From: Vicugna vicugna | Lineage: Eukaryota | Length of the DNA stretch: 64,000 nt | Assembly (NCBI GenBank): GCA_013265495.1 | Contig: MU058584.1 | Span: 5,338,508-5,402,507 of the forward strand | Direction of reading: 5' to 3' | Shown here: positions 24,766 through 36,582 of the stretch, one piece after another | Position numbering within the stretch: position 1 is the stretch's first letter | Layout of the letters: every line of letters begins with the position of its first letter | Notes under the pieces: generated by a model | The model's input: only the letters and a program-made list of their open reading frames with translations | Databases searched by the model: none | What the model was told of the DNA's origin: nothing | Program-made: the position numbers and the translations under genes

Positions 24766-27700
24766 AAGAAAGTTCTAGGTCAGTGTCATGTTTTCACTTT
24801 TCTCATTTAAATCACTTTCTCAGCCATTCTGGGGACTGCCCAAAAGGGAAGAATGCACATGCCCAGAGAGTTTGGTTAATTTCTGTAATGACTGAAACTC
24901 GTCTAACAGAAGCAGGCAGATTTCGTCTGCCTCTAACAGACCCTGATCAGGAGACAAGGCCATCTCCCTGCCCAAGAGAAAAACAGAGAAAGCAGGCACC
25001 TCTGGGTAAAATCAACCTCCCAGAACGTTCCTTCACAGAAACACAAAATAAAAACATCTGGAATGCACTATTCTCCAGGGAGCCGGAGCCCTAGTCCTGG
25101 GTCAGCTTGCCCTGGCGCTGCCCCCCGTCTCGAGAGAGAAAGAAGCTGGAGCTCAGGAAGGGCGGCTTGCCCAGTGATGTCAAAAATCAGTGACAAGGCT
25201 ATGACTGGAATCCTTTGTCTCCCCACATGCCAGAGGCTCTAGGAGGTAAAGCAGACAGTGTGGTGTGACGAAAAGACTACTGGACGGGTCAGGAAACCCG
25301 AGTTTCAGAGTTGCCTTTGTCACTTAATTAGCCACGTGTCAACAGGCAGTTTCCTGCTCTTCCCGGATCTGTGCCTCTTGATCTATAATGTGAGGAAGCT
25401 CCACTTGAAAACATTTAAGGGCTTCTCCAGATCAAACAGCCTGTGGGTTCTAATTCGCTCACACCCTCCCCTTCCCTGTCTCTTCAGGGTTAGTCCTTTC
25501 AGGCATCCTTGTCCCTCTCTCCTCCATCCATAGTTCTCTTGGGCACACCTGTCCTGTGATCTCCAAGCTGCACAACCATGTCCCCCCAAGCTGCCCGAGC
25601 AGGTGCTGAAATATCTCCCCTGTTGCTGCTACCATTTAGCTAGAGTCCTGCTAAAATTTTTTTCTTTTTCTGCCTAACTGGATTAACAAGGCACACATGT
25701 GTCTGTGGACAGAGCAGCACTGAATACACTTTGCAGAGTAAATAGAAGTTTAATTTTCTTTAAACAGACATCAAGTGCCTGAGGAGGTGTGAAGCCTGGA
25801 AGAGTGATTTTCTTGGGCCCCCGTCACTCCCGGGGGATGGGTCTGCCCACGTCTTGACCCAGAGAGGATGAAAAAGTGTGGACAGAGGAGGAGAGGACTC
25901 AGCTAAACCGAATCACACCCCAGCTGAAAGGAGAGAGACAGGGAGACCTAGGTTGTGTTATCAATCAGTTTTCAACTTCAGTTAACGTTATTGGCGAGAC
26001 AAGGTGGACACGTTGCCAAAGTCAATACAGTGGATCTGGGTGCCTCAGGCAGGCTTTGGTGCTAACAGAGGTTTAGTGCCAGACATTCTGTCCTGTGAAT
26101 GTTTCCTAATGTCCTTCTTGATCTCCGGCTGCCACATGCTGTGGTTATAATCTTGCTATTGAAGGTCATAGGATTTAAGTTTTGGGTCCTCAAACCAAAT
26201 TTATGGTAAGTGTCTTCTCTCCTGAAACCCATTTATACTATTGAAAAAAACCTTGTGGACTCCCTTTTGTTCAATATGTAGGGCGCAACAATAAAAATAA
26301 ACATATTTTCAGATAGGGTACTCTTAAAAGAGTTCACTTCCTAGGCAGGTTTTTGAAGTCAAAGATGTCACTAAGAAAACTATCTGAAATTTCCTTATCC
26401 AAAAATCTCACCATAAGATTTACAGTTTTAGTAAACACCTACTTAAGCTGTTAATAGCTGGGATCTTCCTGCAAAGCACCTCTATCCTTAGGAAGAATGG
26501 GGAAATGACTCTTTTCTGGTTCAGTAAGGTTTTATTTCATGATTTTAGTGGCATAGACATGCACCATGTCCTTAATACCAGGAGCGTGGTGCAAGCGACC
26601 AGGCTGAGAAGCACGGCAATAGATAAAATTAAAATTATAGATAAGGGATTAAAATCAGATCCTGAGGAGATCATGACTCTGGGCCAGCAAGTATGTGATA
26701 ATGGGTAAGCTCAATATTTAAATAAACATTTGTTTTAAAGAAGGAGAAAGGTGGGAGTGTAACATGTTTCAGATTCAACATGGCATAAGCCTACCACTGG
26801 GGTGCAGGACCTATGGACAAAACATCACTTCCCCTCGTGGTAGCACGCGCTAATTACGGGGCTATTATTTTTTGTGTGCAGCCTGTATTAAATGACTGGC
26901 TGGATGCAATCATATCTTCAAAATCTAGGCTACTTAAGCTGCAAAATCCTTAAGCTACTACAGGAACCTACTAAACCAGGTGGCACAGCTCCTCTCACTT
27001 TACAAAAACTGAGATCTAGATATTTTTGTTTGCCTGTTTTGCTTAAGGTCAACATTTAACAGCTACGGTGACACTAGAATCCAGGTGTCTTGGCTCTGAG
27101 AAACAGTCAACGCTCCAGAACCCTATTACACACTTGTGTTCTGTACTTGGCCCTTGACAAATTCATATGAAAGTGAAGTGTAGAAAGAGACCGATGTCCA
27201 CCAACAATAAATTAATCAATTAATCTTACTGATTTTTCCACTTCTAGCAATCTACTTGTTTATTTCAACAGTCTTGATACAAAATGTGGTTTGCCTGTTG
27301 GGTGGTTAGGTTGGTGGGGTAAAGATACCCTGCAATTTAATGTGAAAACCAAGGCGTAATCAAAGCCTTCTTTATTCTGTAAATGTAGGCATTCCCGAAA
27401 GGAAGGTCATTGTTATTACTAACACAATCACAACAGCAGTTGTATGAGAAAGAAGATATATACATGAGATAGTTTATGTATATATTATATATACACGTAT
27501 TCTTGCCTTTTGAACATTTGAGTAGTTCTTCAAAAGTTACATTTTTCGAAGTGACTCAGCATGACTGGAGAGAGTAGAATGGGGGACAGATTTGTCAGAG
27601 GGTACATGACATAAACAATCCAACTTGATTTTCTTCCCCCAAGGCCTTGAGGAATTAACAAGTTCCCTGGGTCAGGATCTTAAACATTTGTGTACACTCC

Positions 27701-28371
27701 AAGTGTGTTCGTATGTTTGAGACCTTTACTAGTTTTAAAGATGTCCAAATTAAGGGGCTGGGGTAAAAACCAAGGACTAGGATTAGTCCCTTAAGAGCTC
27801 CATTTCCAAAGCACTGAGAGCTATTATCCAGAAGAATTGCACATCATACTTAGACCAGGGAAATTAAAATATTCTCCCCAGATATTATATGTGTAAAACA
27901 TTTTCCAAATTGAATTCCAGTTGCAGGAGTATTTTTGGCACTTCAACAGCAGGGGGCTGAGAGCCTGGTCTGTGCCAGCTTTGCTGACTCCAGCAAGCAG
28001 GGGTGGAAAATCTGGGCCGGAGGAGGAAAAGCAGTAGCTGGTAAGACTGATGCCACAGGAGGAAGTGCAGGTGGTTGCTAGGCAGCTGGTTTTAGCCTCT
28101 GGTCGTCCCTGTCTGCTCCCTATACTCTAGAGTGTTGCTATATTCAAAAATGCATGTTAAAGACAGGAGGTGAGGGAGAAAAAGGTATCAGGGAGAAAGA
28201 GGCCTTGTATAAGCTACTCCCTGGGGCCCTGTGAATCTGCAGGAGGGACCATGACCCTGGGCCAACTAGAGCTGTCCTGCAGTCCACACTGGAGCCAGTC
28301 TGGTAGCATTGCTAGACCCTGGCACTGCTACGAGCTGGCCCAGCACACGTGGCCAGGTCTTGGTGTTCTCC

Positions 28372-28804
28372 TGTTGAACAGAATCTATTTGACCCATGAG
28401 CAGAGCAGGGTACACTATGACTATGATGGAGTAAGACCAAAACAAGGACACTCTGTGATCATGTCTGAATAGACAAACACGTGAACCCTGCCCAAACCCC
28501 CAAAATGACTCAGTATCCCCTATCCTAATATGTGTGACTGCTGTTTCTTGACCAATTACATCCTTAACCGCACTTTAGTCAGCCTCCTCTATCGCAGACT
28601 TACCTCTGCTTCCGGCTTCTTTAAACCCTACCCCAAGTCACAGGCAAGCCCAAATCCTTACCTAAGCCCTTTCTAACACCTTCTTACTGATGTGCCCCAT
28701 GGTTGCCCACGGTGAGGGTCTCCCTCTTTGCAAGGAGCAGCGAACCCAACTTGTTCCGCCACAGGTGAGCTCCTGCTGGTCTTCAGCTGCAAAGCCAAGT
28801 GACA
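28372..28804 (+). mobile_element. ERVL-type solo LTR (MER54/73/74 group)
   Basis: TG...CA ends; 3' end aacccaacttgttc...acaggtg...cctgctggtcttcagctg...tgaca resembles this group. Confidence 0.6.
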
Positions 28805-29297
28805 TAGCGTCTGTTCTGTGCCGAGCCATGTGTGACGGCTGGGCCTACAGCTCGGAACAGAGCAACTTGTCCCGTCCTCAGGAAGCTCACAGTCTGATGG
28901 AGGAGACCAACGTGCAGCAGGCAGACTCTAACCTCGAGGCGTGACAAGTCATACAAAATTCAACAGAAAGTCACATTCCATAGTCCTAAGGGTGGCATGA
29001 TAGTGAGAATATGAAAGAGTAGAAAACACCCCCTCCAAGGTCATATTTATGTATTATTAGCAAGAAGACAATGGTTGCAAATCTTAGGATTCCATCAAGG
29101 TGGAGTTACTGTACTTGTAAATACATTTGCATATCTTAAGGCACCAAAGAAGTGCAAAATCCAGTCAAGTGACCAACTAAGAATGGAAGCTGCAGACTTC
29201 TTGAGTGAACAAAGGGTTGGATGAAGTAGCCAGGGACCTGAGAGACCAACCTCTTTAGTGGGAAAGGCTACGACTTTATAACCATTAAATAAATCCC

Positions 29298-29395
29298 TAT
29301 AAAAACGAATATATGTATGTCTATGCATGACTGGGACACTGTGCTGCGCACCAGAAACTAACACATTGTAACTGACGGTACTTCAATTAAAAAAA
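29298..29395 (+). mobile_element. Very short L1 3' end
   Basis: gaatatatgtatgt...caccagaaactaacacattgtaactgac plus poly(A); TSD AAATCCC at 29291-29297 and 29396-29402. Confidence 0.8.
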
Positions 29396-30695
29396 AAATC
29401 CCATCGCGATCCCCAGCAAGCCCACACTCCGCTCCTAAGGAACTGGGAGGGGAGCAGTGCTCCTTGAGGTGGATTTGGGCTTTTGACGTCAGGAAGAGTG
29501 AGAAATAAGTATAGAACGATGTGAAAGAACCATAGTACTGATAACTTTATATTAAAAAGGAAATTGCATATACTTGCCACTTTGTGTATATGCAGTTTTT
29601 TAAGAGATTAGGGCCTACTGGAGAGAGAGCTTTGTAATGCCAATGTCAAAGGCAGCTGGGTGGTTGATGTGGAGTTTTCTGTTTTAAGTGGAAAGTTGAT
29701 TTCTTACAAAGTTTTTGAAACATAAGAGAGAAATCTAGGACCCTGTATTTACAAGTTGATGGGGCTAAATGTATATAAATATTGAAGCACTCCAGAAAGT
29801 CTTGATAATGGAAATACTTATATATTTTTAAAATGTATAATCACAGCTTAAAATGTTTGCAAATGTTTAACTCTATTCATAGGCTCTTTAGAAGTGATTG
29901 CTAAACTCTGCTAGACCAAAAAATAATTACATATGTAAGTTGAGTTTAAAAAACTTCTGTTTTTCTAATTTTAACTTTAATAAGCAAAATATTAATGTTT
30001 AAACCCAAAAGTAAACCTTTGAATAATGTCCTTTACATACAAAAGCCCTTTCTGTGGCATCTAGGCACTCATGTGAACATAAGCAAACGTCATAGTGTGT
30101 AAGTGCTGTGACGGGGAAAGGTAACATCCGACATGAGAAAAGCAGAGGGACCGTGTTTGAGAGGGCGGAAGAGGGCTGTTAGGGACCAGGTAAACCATGA
30201 GAAACGTGAGGACGGAGGGAAGGGGGACAGCGCCCCTGCAAGTTCATTCATTTACAAATACTGAGTCTGTAACAGGCACAGAGCTAGGGGCGGGGGAGAC
30301 AGCAGCAAACAAAACAGGATTCCAGCCTCAAGGAGCCCAAGGTCCGGAGGTAGGAGGGAGCTCCGTGTCTTGTCGGTGTCTTGGAGGAACATAAATTCAG
30401 TGCAAGGAAGCCTAGGCTGGGCGGTTAGAGGAGGGTCCCACAGGGTCTCCTGGACAGTGAGCCCCAGGGCACTGATGGATACACATAAAGTACCGAATCT
30501 AGTCCTGGGAACGAAGGCCCAGCCAACCAGTCCTCTCCTCAGTGGCCTTTATGTAAGTTCTTTTCATTTAGGGGGTGAGAAACCTATTTGTAAATCAAAC
30601 ATTTAAACTTTCCTGAGGCTCAGCCCCCTGAACTTCCAAACTACCAACTCCTTAACCCAAGGGCCCCTGCAGACTAAAGGCGAGTAAGAATCTCA

Positions 30696-31026
30696 TTTTT
30701 TTCTAGATTTTTTTTTCTAGTTTCTTTTTTTTTTTTTAATTTGAAGTGTAGTTGATTTACAATGTTAGTTTCAGGTGTACAGCAAAGCAATTCAGTTATA
30801 CATATGCATACATACATATATATTTTTTCAGTCTCTTTTCCATTACGGCTCATTACAAGAAATTGAATTAAGTTCCCTGTGCTATACAGTAGGTCCTTGT
30901 TGTTTACCTATTTTATATATAGTAATGTGAATCTATTAATCCCAAACTCCTAATCTATCCCTTCCCTGCCCGTACCCCACCTCACCACCCCCGAACCGGA
31001 ACCACAGTTTGTTTTCTATGTCCATG
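30696..31026 (-). mobile_element. L1 3' end (same type as 422-688)
   Basis: Poly-T, then ttgaagtgtagttgatttacaatgttagtttcaggtgtacagcaaagcaattc...ttgttttctatgtccatg. Confidence 0.88.
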
Positions 31027-31984
31027 AAAGCTCCTCTTTTCATAAGCCAGCTATCCCGGGCTGTAGGAACTGTCACGGTTTGTCCATAAGACCCTGAAGA
31101 CCTGCAGGAGGGCAGCCCTTGTCTCACAGGGGTACCACGCAGACCGTGGGCTGCGTTAGCTAGTACTCGGCAGATAATGGCTCTTTTAAAAGATAAAATA
31201 GATCCTATTTTCCAAAAGCCAAATGAGCAGTGAGGTACTGGTAGTGGGTGGGGAAATGGAAGGTCCATGAGGATACGAAATGGGGACCACAGTTGGCAAA
31301 CTCTGACTAAGAAGAATGGGGGCAGAAGTGGCCGTGATGGGGGAGTTTGAGAGCCATTCCAACCCACCTCAGAGTTTAGACCTCCCCCAGAGGATGCTGG
31401 CTTCACTCGCACAAAGTGCTTTATACGAATGGTAGATCTGGCACCCACAAAGCTCACTGTCAATGTCGCAGGCTGCAGCCTTCAGATAACTCTAAGCCAC
31501 ATCACACGCCTAAGGGAGGAGACGCAGGTCTCGGCGGGGGGGGGGGGGGAGGGGGGGGGGATTATCAAGAAGCATTCCCTCCAAAGGTCCCAGGGTCCCA
31601 GGGACACTATGAAATGGGCTCCACTTAAAGAACCATCTCCATCAGCGTGTGCAGACCCTCTAAGTGTGTGCGGTCCTTTTTGTCTGAAGTTATCAGGACA
31701 TGTAAGCCTCTCGCTATTGGGATTAGCACCTGGGATTGTCTGGTGGCTCTCTAGCTATAAGGACTTTGGACGTTATCCCCACCTCTCCATGGAAAAATTG
31801 TCCTTGTGTTTCATGTCAACAATAGTTAAACCAAACTGCCTCTGACGTCCTGGGGTTATCTGCTCACCCAGGTGACACTGAACAGAGCTAGATGACTGGG
31901 AGACGGCAGCTCAGCCCTGACATCTGCCCAAGGCCAGCAGCAAGGGTTCCAGGAGTTATATGAGCCACGAGGTCCATCCAATCT

Positions 31985-32295
31985 ACCATCTGTCACTGGC
32001 TTACCATGCCACCTTGGGTCACTGACTTCCCCACTCTCTGCCATCTGTGAAATGTGCATAATAGCACATCATGTCCTTCTGTCCCTCCTCCCTCCTCTCT
32101 TGCTCATATTCACCTCCCTCTCTCCCACACTTTCTTCATCTCCTCTTTCCTCTTCCTCCTCTTCCACCCCCCTCCTTCCTTCTCTCTCTCTCTCTCTCTG
32201 TTTCTCTCTCCTCGCCCCATAGAAGAAGATAATGTGTCTGTAAAGCGCTTTGAGCTCCTAGGAGATAGAGAGTCTATAAATATAATCTGTTATCA
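31985..32295 (+). mobile_element. Ancient CORE-SINE remnant (MamSINE1/amniote MIR-like) split by a CT-rich expansion
   Basis: CORE-like accttgggtcactgacttcccc...ccatctgtgaaatgtgcataat (32011-32062); tail gataatgtgtctgtaaagcgctttgagctcct...ctataaat (32228-32279); pyrimidine tract at ~32085-32218. Confidence 0.55.
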
Positions 32296-33616
32296 CTGTT
32301 ACCATGGAAACATTCACAGAGAACTGTACTCCATTCCTGCATTTGCTGAGCGTAATTCTGGCCTCCTCACCCTGCTGCCTCCTCGAGGCTACCTAACAAT
32401 CCCTGGTTTCAACACTGCAGCCAGGTAGAGGGTGGGGACCCAGGGCAAAACTTCTTTACTACTCAACTCTTCTTCCTGTCCGTTTTCAAAAATTGTGTCC
32501 CTGTTTACTAAGGTGGAGGATGGTACAAGACGGGCCAGAGTCAGCTGTTAATCCGGGGATGTAAGTCATGACAGGCAGAGGTGTGTCACCCAGGCAAGGA
32601 CCCTAACCTGTAATAAGATTCAGGCAAGGGAGAATCCCAGTGAGCTTCAGAAATAATGTTCCATCCATTTCCTAAGTTTTCCCTGACTCCTGACTCCTCA
32701 GCTTCAGAACCAGGGCTGGCAAAGTGCTGGGGTAAAGAGCGTTAAGAGTCTGCCCCTTTCTACCAGTCCGTGCAAGGGCTTCTGGAAAGCAGGGGAGATG
32801 TCTTTTCCATCGTAGTCCCTGCAGGGCTTAGCACAGGGCCCGGCACGTAGCAGGTGCTGGTCAGAGGTGTGTAAAAGGAATGAATAAGGGGCTGCTATTT
32901 TCTGGGACGCGGCTGAGGGTTTTGCTGGGTAAGGCTCATGCCTGTGGACTGGGACTCCAGATCCCAGAGCACATCACTTCTTGAAGCTGCTTGTTCACTT
33001 TCTCCACTCCCCTCTCCCATCAGTGAGGGCAATGATGCCACCTCATTTCTAGTCTCATAGGTGGTCCTGCGAAAGTTGTTCCATAACCGAAAGCCAGATA
33101 TGGGAGAGTCTAGGATAACATAACTTAGTTGTTAACCAAACAACTGTGAAAGGGCTTGTGCAAAAGGTAAGGGTGTAAAAGCAATGGAAGAAGTCATTGG
33201 CCCTTTTAGGCAGTTCTGTGACCTCAAGGGCAAGTTTGCCAGGCCTCAGATGAGCAAAGGCAGAGGAATAGGATGGACTTTGGAGTCAGACAAATCAGTG
33301 AGCCCCAATACTCTCATCTGTAAAAATCCAAATAATAGCTCTTATCTCACAAGTCTGAGGTGATGGTGAAATGAAATGAGTCAAGAATAATAAATTAATG
33401 GGGTGAAATGAACACGTTCCACCCCATTAATTTGGCAAAATGCATGCATGAAGAACACAGTTTATTTTGAATAATGTACTTATACTAGTTTCTAGTAAAG
33501 GCCTGGTTGATATATCAGATCCCAGCAAGATGGGGGCAAGGGACAGCTCTGCCTTTGAGAAGGGAGTGGAGAACTTAAAGGAAGAGCGAAAATGCTCCCG
33601 CACACCTAGGGAGTCA

Positions 33617-33806
33617 GGTAGTGCTGGCTACGTAATTTGCAGGGTTCAGTGCAAAATGAAAATGCAGGGCCATTTGTTAAAAATTATTAAGAATTTCAAG
33701 AGGGTGACAACAGAGCATTACACCTTGTGCAACTGCATGGGTTACACACACCTGCATGGGTTGTACACACACCTGCATGGGTTACACAGCCACAAAGACA
33801 ACCTTG
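33617..33806. mobile_element. MER45A-like hAT-Tip100 MITE
   Basis: ggctacgtaatttgcagggttcagtgcaaaatgaaaatgcagggcc...aaaaattattaagaatttcaaga matches MER45A as I recall it. Confidence 0.75.
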
Positions 33807-35254
33807 GAGCCAGAGGTACAGGGGAACTTGCCATCACAGTTCCCAGTCTTGCGAGAGATCATCGCACTGATAAGTAGAGTGACACTGTCAGTGTTACCCA
33901 AACGCTGACGTTGTCATCACTAGTCTAATACAATCAGAGAGGGCCCTGGAATGTTCTCTACAAAATACTTGAATACACTGAATTCATATTCTAAACTAAA
34001 CATAAGCTGTAGTAAAGGTCATTTCAAGAGGGAAAAGCTCATAAAAACAACTCAACTCGACTAGGAGTGATTAATGATCGCATAAAATGTGTTCCAAGGC
34101 TCAGCTTGCTCCTGTACCCTTGTTCACAGAGGTGCAGGGGCGAGATCAAATTACAAAGCATTTAAAAGACATTCACTATTTATTCAACTGCTATTTAATA
34201 AGCTCCTGCTGTATACAAGTCAAGGCACTAGGCCACATAAGGGTAACAGAAAAAGAGATTATCTTCAGCCAAAAAATGAGATTGTTAGACTTGCTGATGC
34301 CTTTCAGTTCTAACATGTTAGGAATTCTTGATGAAGACACGGGACCAACCTTTAAGGAAAAAGCCTTGAACAACAGTGAAACCAAATTGAAGTTGCTCTG
34401 TATAGAGTGCTTTTAAACGCAGTGTTTAAAAGCTATCATCGATATTCATGTATCTGTACTCTTATCTGCAAGGATTTTCATATGTCTTTCACCTAGATTT
34501 TTACTGAGCTCTTTAAACACTGGGAGCATTATTTTTTTTTTCTTAAAAAAATAAAACTGGCTGTAAAACTAAGTCTCAGAGAAGAAAATGAGTTTTCCTG
34601 GAGTCAACTAATAAGATTGTGGCAGAACATAGCCCCCTCTTGATGAATTATGAATTCATCCTCAGTGGTCCCCCATTCTCCCTCCACCCTCCATCCACTA
34701 ATAAAGGATGCAATTAAAATGGGCTGTCCTCCCTCCCTTGTTCCCGAGGTGTCACTATTAATGGAACACTCTTTGCATAAAGGTGTTGAAGCCAATTTTG
34801 AGCGGAGGCTTTAAAAAACAGGACAAAACTGGTTCAGATTCTGGCGTCACCACTTATTAGTTATTAGTGATCTGGAGAATTTGCTTAATCTTTGGAAGTG
34901 TCAATTTTCTCATAAGTTCAAATATTAATTCGTCTCTAGTTTATCTGAGAATGAAAAGCAACTAGCGGTGCCTGGCACATATTGGCTTTTCATCTCATGT
35001 TGAGCCCACTTCCTACCCCTCCTTTTTCCATCCCTCCTGTAAAGCCTCCCATGAACAGCGTGTCATGGGACTGCAACTGTCCCCTGATCTCACTGCAACA
35101 CATGGCCCGTGGAAGGACAAACTGCCCAGAGAGAGAGCCAAGAAACCCAGGAGACATGAGGCCAAAGACAGGTGTGGAGATGATTAAGTCTAAACATGGA
35201 CTTCATTTTTGAACTTTGAATAATTGAAATCTCATTGAGGGTTTCTTTTGGTCC

Positions 35255-35695
35255 CCCTCAGTTTCCCCTTCTTCTTCTTGGTAACAAAACCCTCTGTGCT
35301 TTATGTGGGTGCCTGTCACACACTACAGTTCCCAGCCTGCCTTGCAGCTGGCCATGCTGTTGTGAGTAATGGAGTATAAGTGGAAGTGAGAGGTATCAGT
35401 TTGGCATCATCTTCTTAAAGTCAAAGCCACTTGTCCTGGATTTTCTCTGTGCAGAAAGATGGAGTGCAGGTTTGGTATTGACTCAACCTTAGTCTTGCAA
35501 AGAAGGACAACACCACAGAGGATGATGCCAAAGTACTGAGATCTAAGAACAAGGGTCCCTGGATAACTTCATGCAACAGAACCACCTCGCCAGCCTGGAC
35601 CATTCACCCCCAGGCTGTTAAGGAAGAAAGAAATAACTATAAGCCACTTTCTTCTGGGGTCTCTGTCCCAGTGGCTTGGCTCGTATCTTCACTCA
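35255..35695 (+). mobile_element. MLT1J-like MaLR LTR
   Basis: tacagttcccagcctgccttgcagctggccatg ... aagaaataactataagccact. Confidence 0.6.
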
Positions 35696-35784
35696 CAAAA
35701 GGACTGAGAGCTAGCCCACAGACGGAGCTTTGCAAAAAATCAGCGCACCCTGGTCTACTCTGCCATAGCTGAGTGGAAGACGTA

Positions 35785-36132
35785 TTGACTTAATCAGCTG
35801 GGGCTGCTATAATAAAACACCACATTCTGGGTGGTTTAAACAACAGGCATTTATTTTCTCACAGTTCTAGAAGCTGGAGGTCCAAGATCAGGGTGCTAGC
35901 GTGGTCACGTAATTGGTGAGGGCCCTCTTCCAACTTGCAGACAGTCCTGCATCTTCATATGACTGAGAGAGCTCTGATGTCTCCTAATAAGGGCATTAAT
36001 TCCCTCTTGTAGCTCCACCCTCATGACCTCATCTAAACCTAATCCTCTCCCAAAGGCTCCCTCTCTCGATACTATCATACTGGGCTTCACCAAGGGCATT
36101 TGGGGGAGACCCAAGTATTCAGTCTATAATCA
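35785..36132 (-). mobile_element. MLT1A-like MaLR LTR
   Basis: gggctgctataataaaacaccacattctgggtggtttaaacaacag...ctcacagttctagaagctggaggtccaagatcagggtg...ccctcatgacctcatctaaacctaat. Confidence 0.85.
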
Positions 36133-36390
36133 GCACCATAGTAAAAACTGGACAGTTTAGGAAGGACTTACAGCACAGATCCACAGACCATGTCGTGAGC
36201 AGAGTCAGCAGAATGAGCACGGGGTCTCACAATCTGTCACTCAGTTTAGTTCCTGAAAGTTCCACACCTAGAGGATATTAATTCTGTAAGCATCACATTC
36301 TGAAATCTCCAGTGGGGTATATTTTCTAGGTACAAGTCATCTGGTCTCATCTCATTCCCCATCACAGCACAGGAGACTTTCACATAGGCG

Positions 36391-36582
36391 AGTGGCTCTC
36401 ATTCTCAGACTTTAGTTTGCATCACAGTCAACTGGGGGACTTGTTCAAACAGATTCTGGGCCCCCACCCTGAGAATTTCTGACTCAGTAGGTCTGGAGTG
36501 GGGCCTGAGGATTTGCATTTTTAGCAAGTTCCCAGGTGACCCTGATGCTGCCGGTCTAGAGATCACACTTCGAAGCCCACTG
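36391..36582. mobile_element. MER5A hAT-Charlie MITE (a second, degenerate MER5-like copy at ~38585-38780)
   Basis: cagattctgggcccccaccc...tctgactcagtaggtctggagtggggcctgaggatttgcatttttagcaagttcccaggtga. Confidence 0.85.

Noticed and set aside
30936..31463. 175-aa minus-strand ORF
   Set aside because: The C-terminus is L1 3' UTR sequence; non-ATG start, no domain or splice support.
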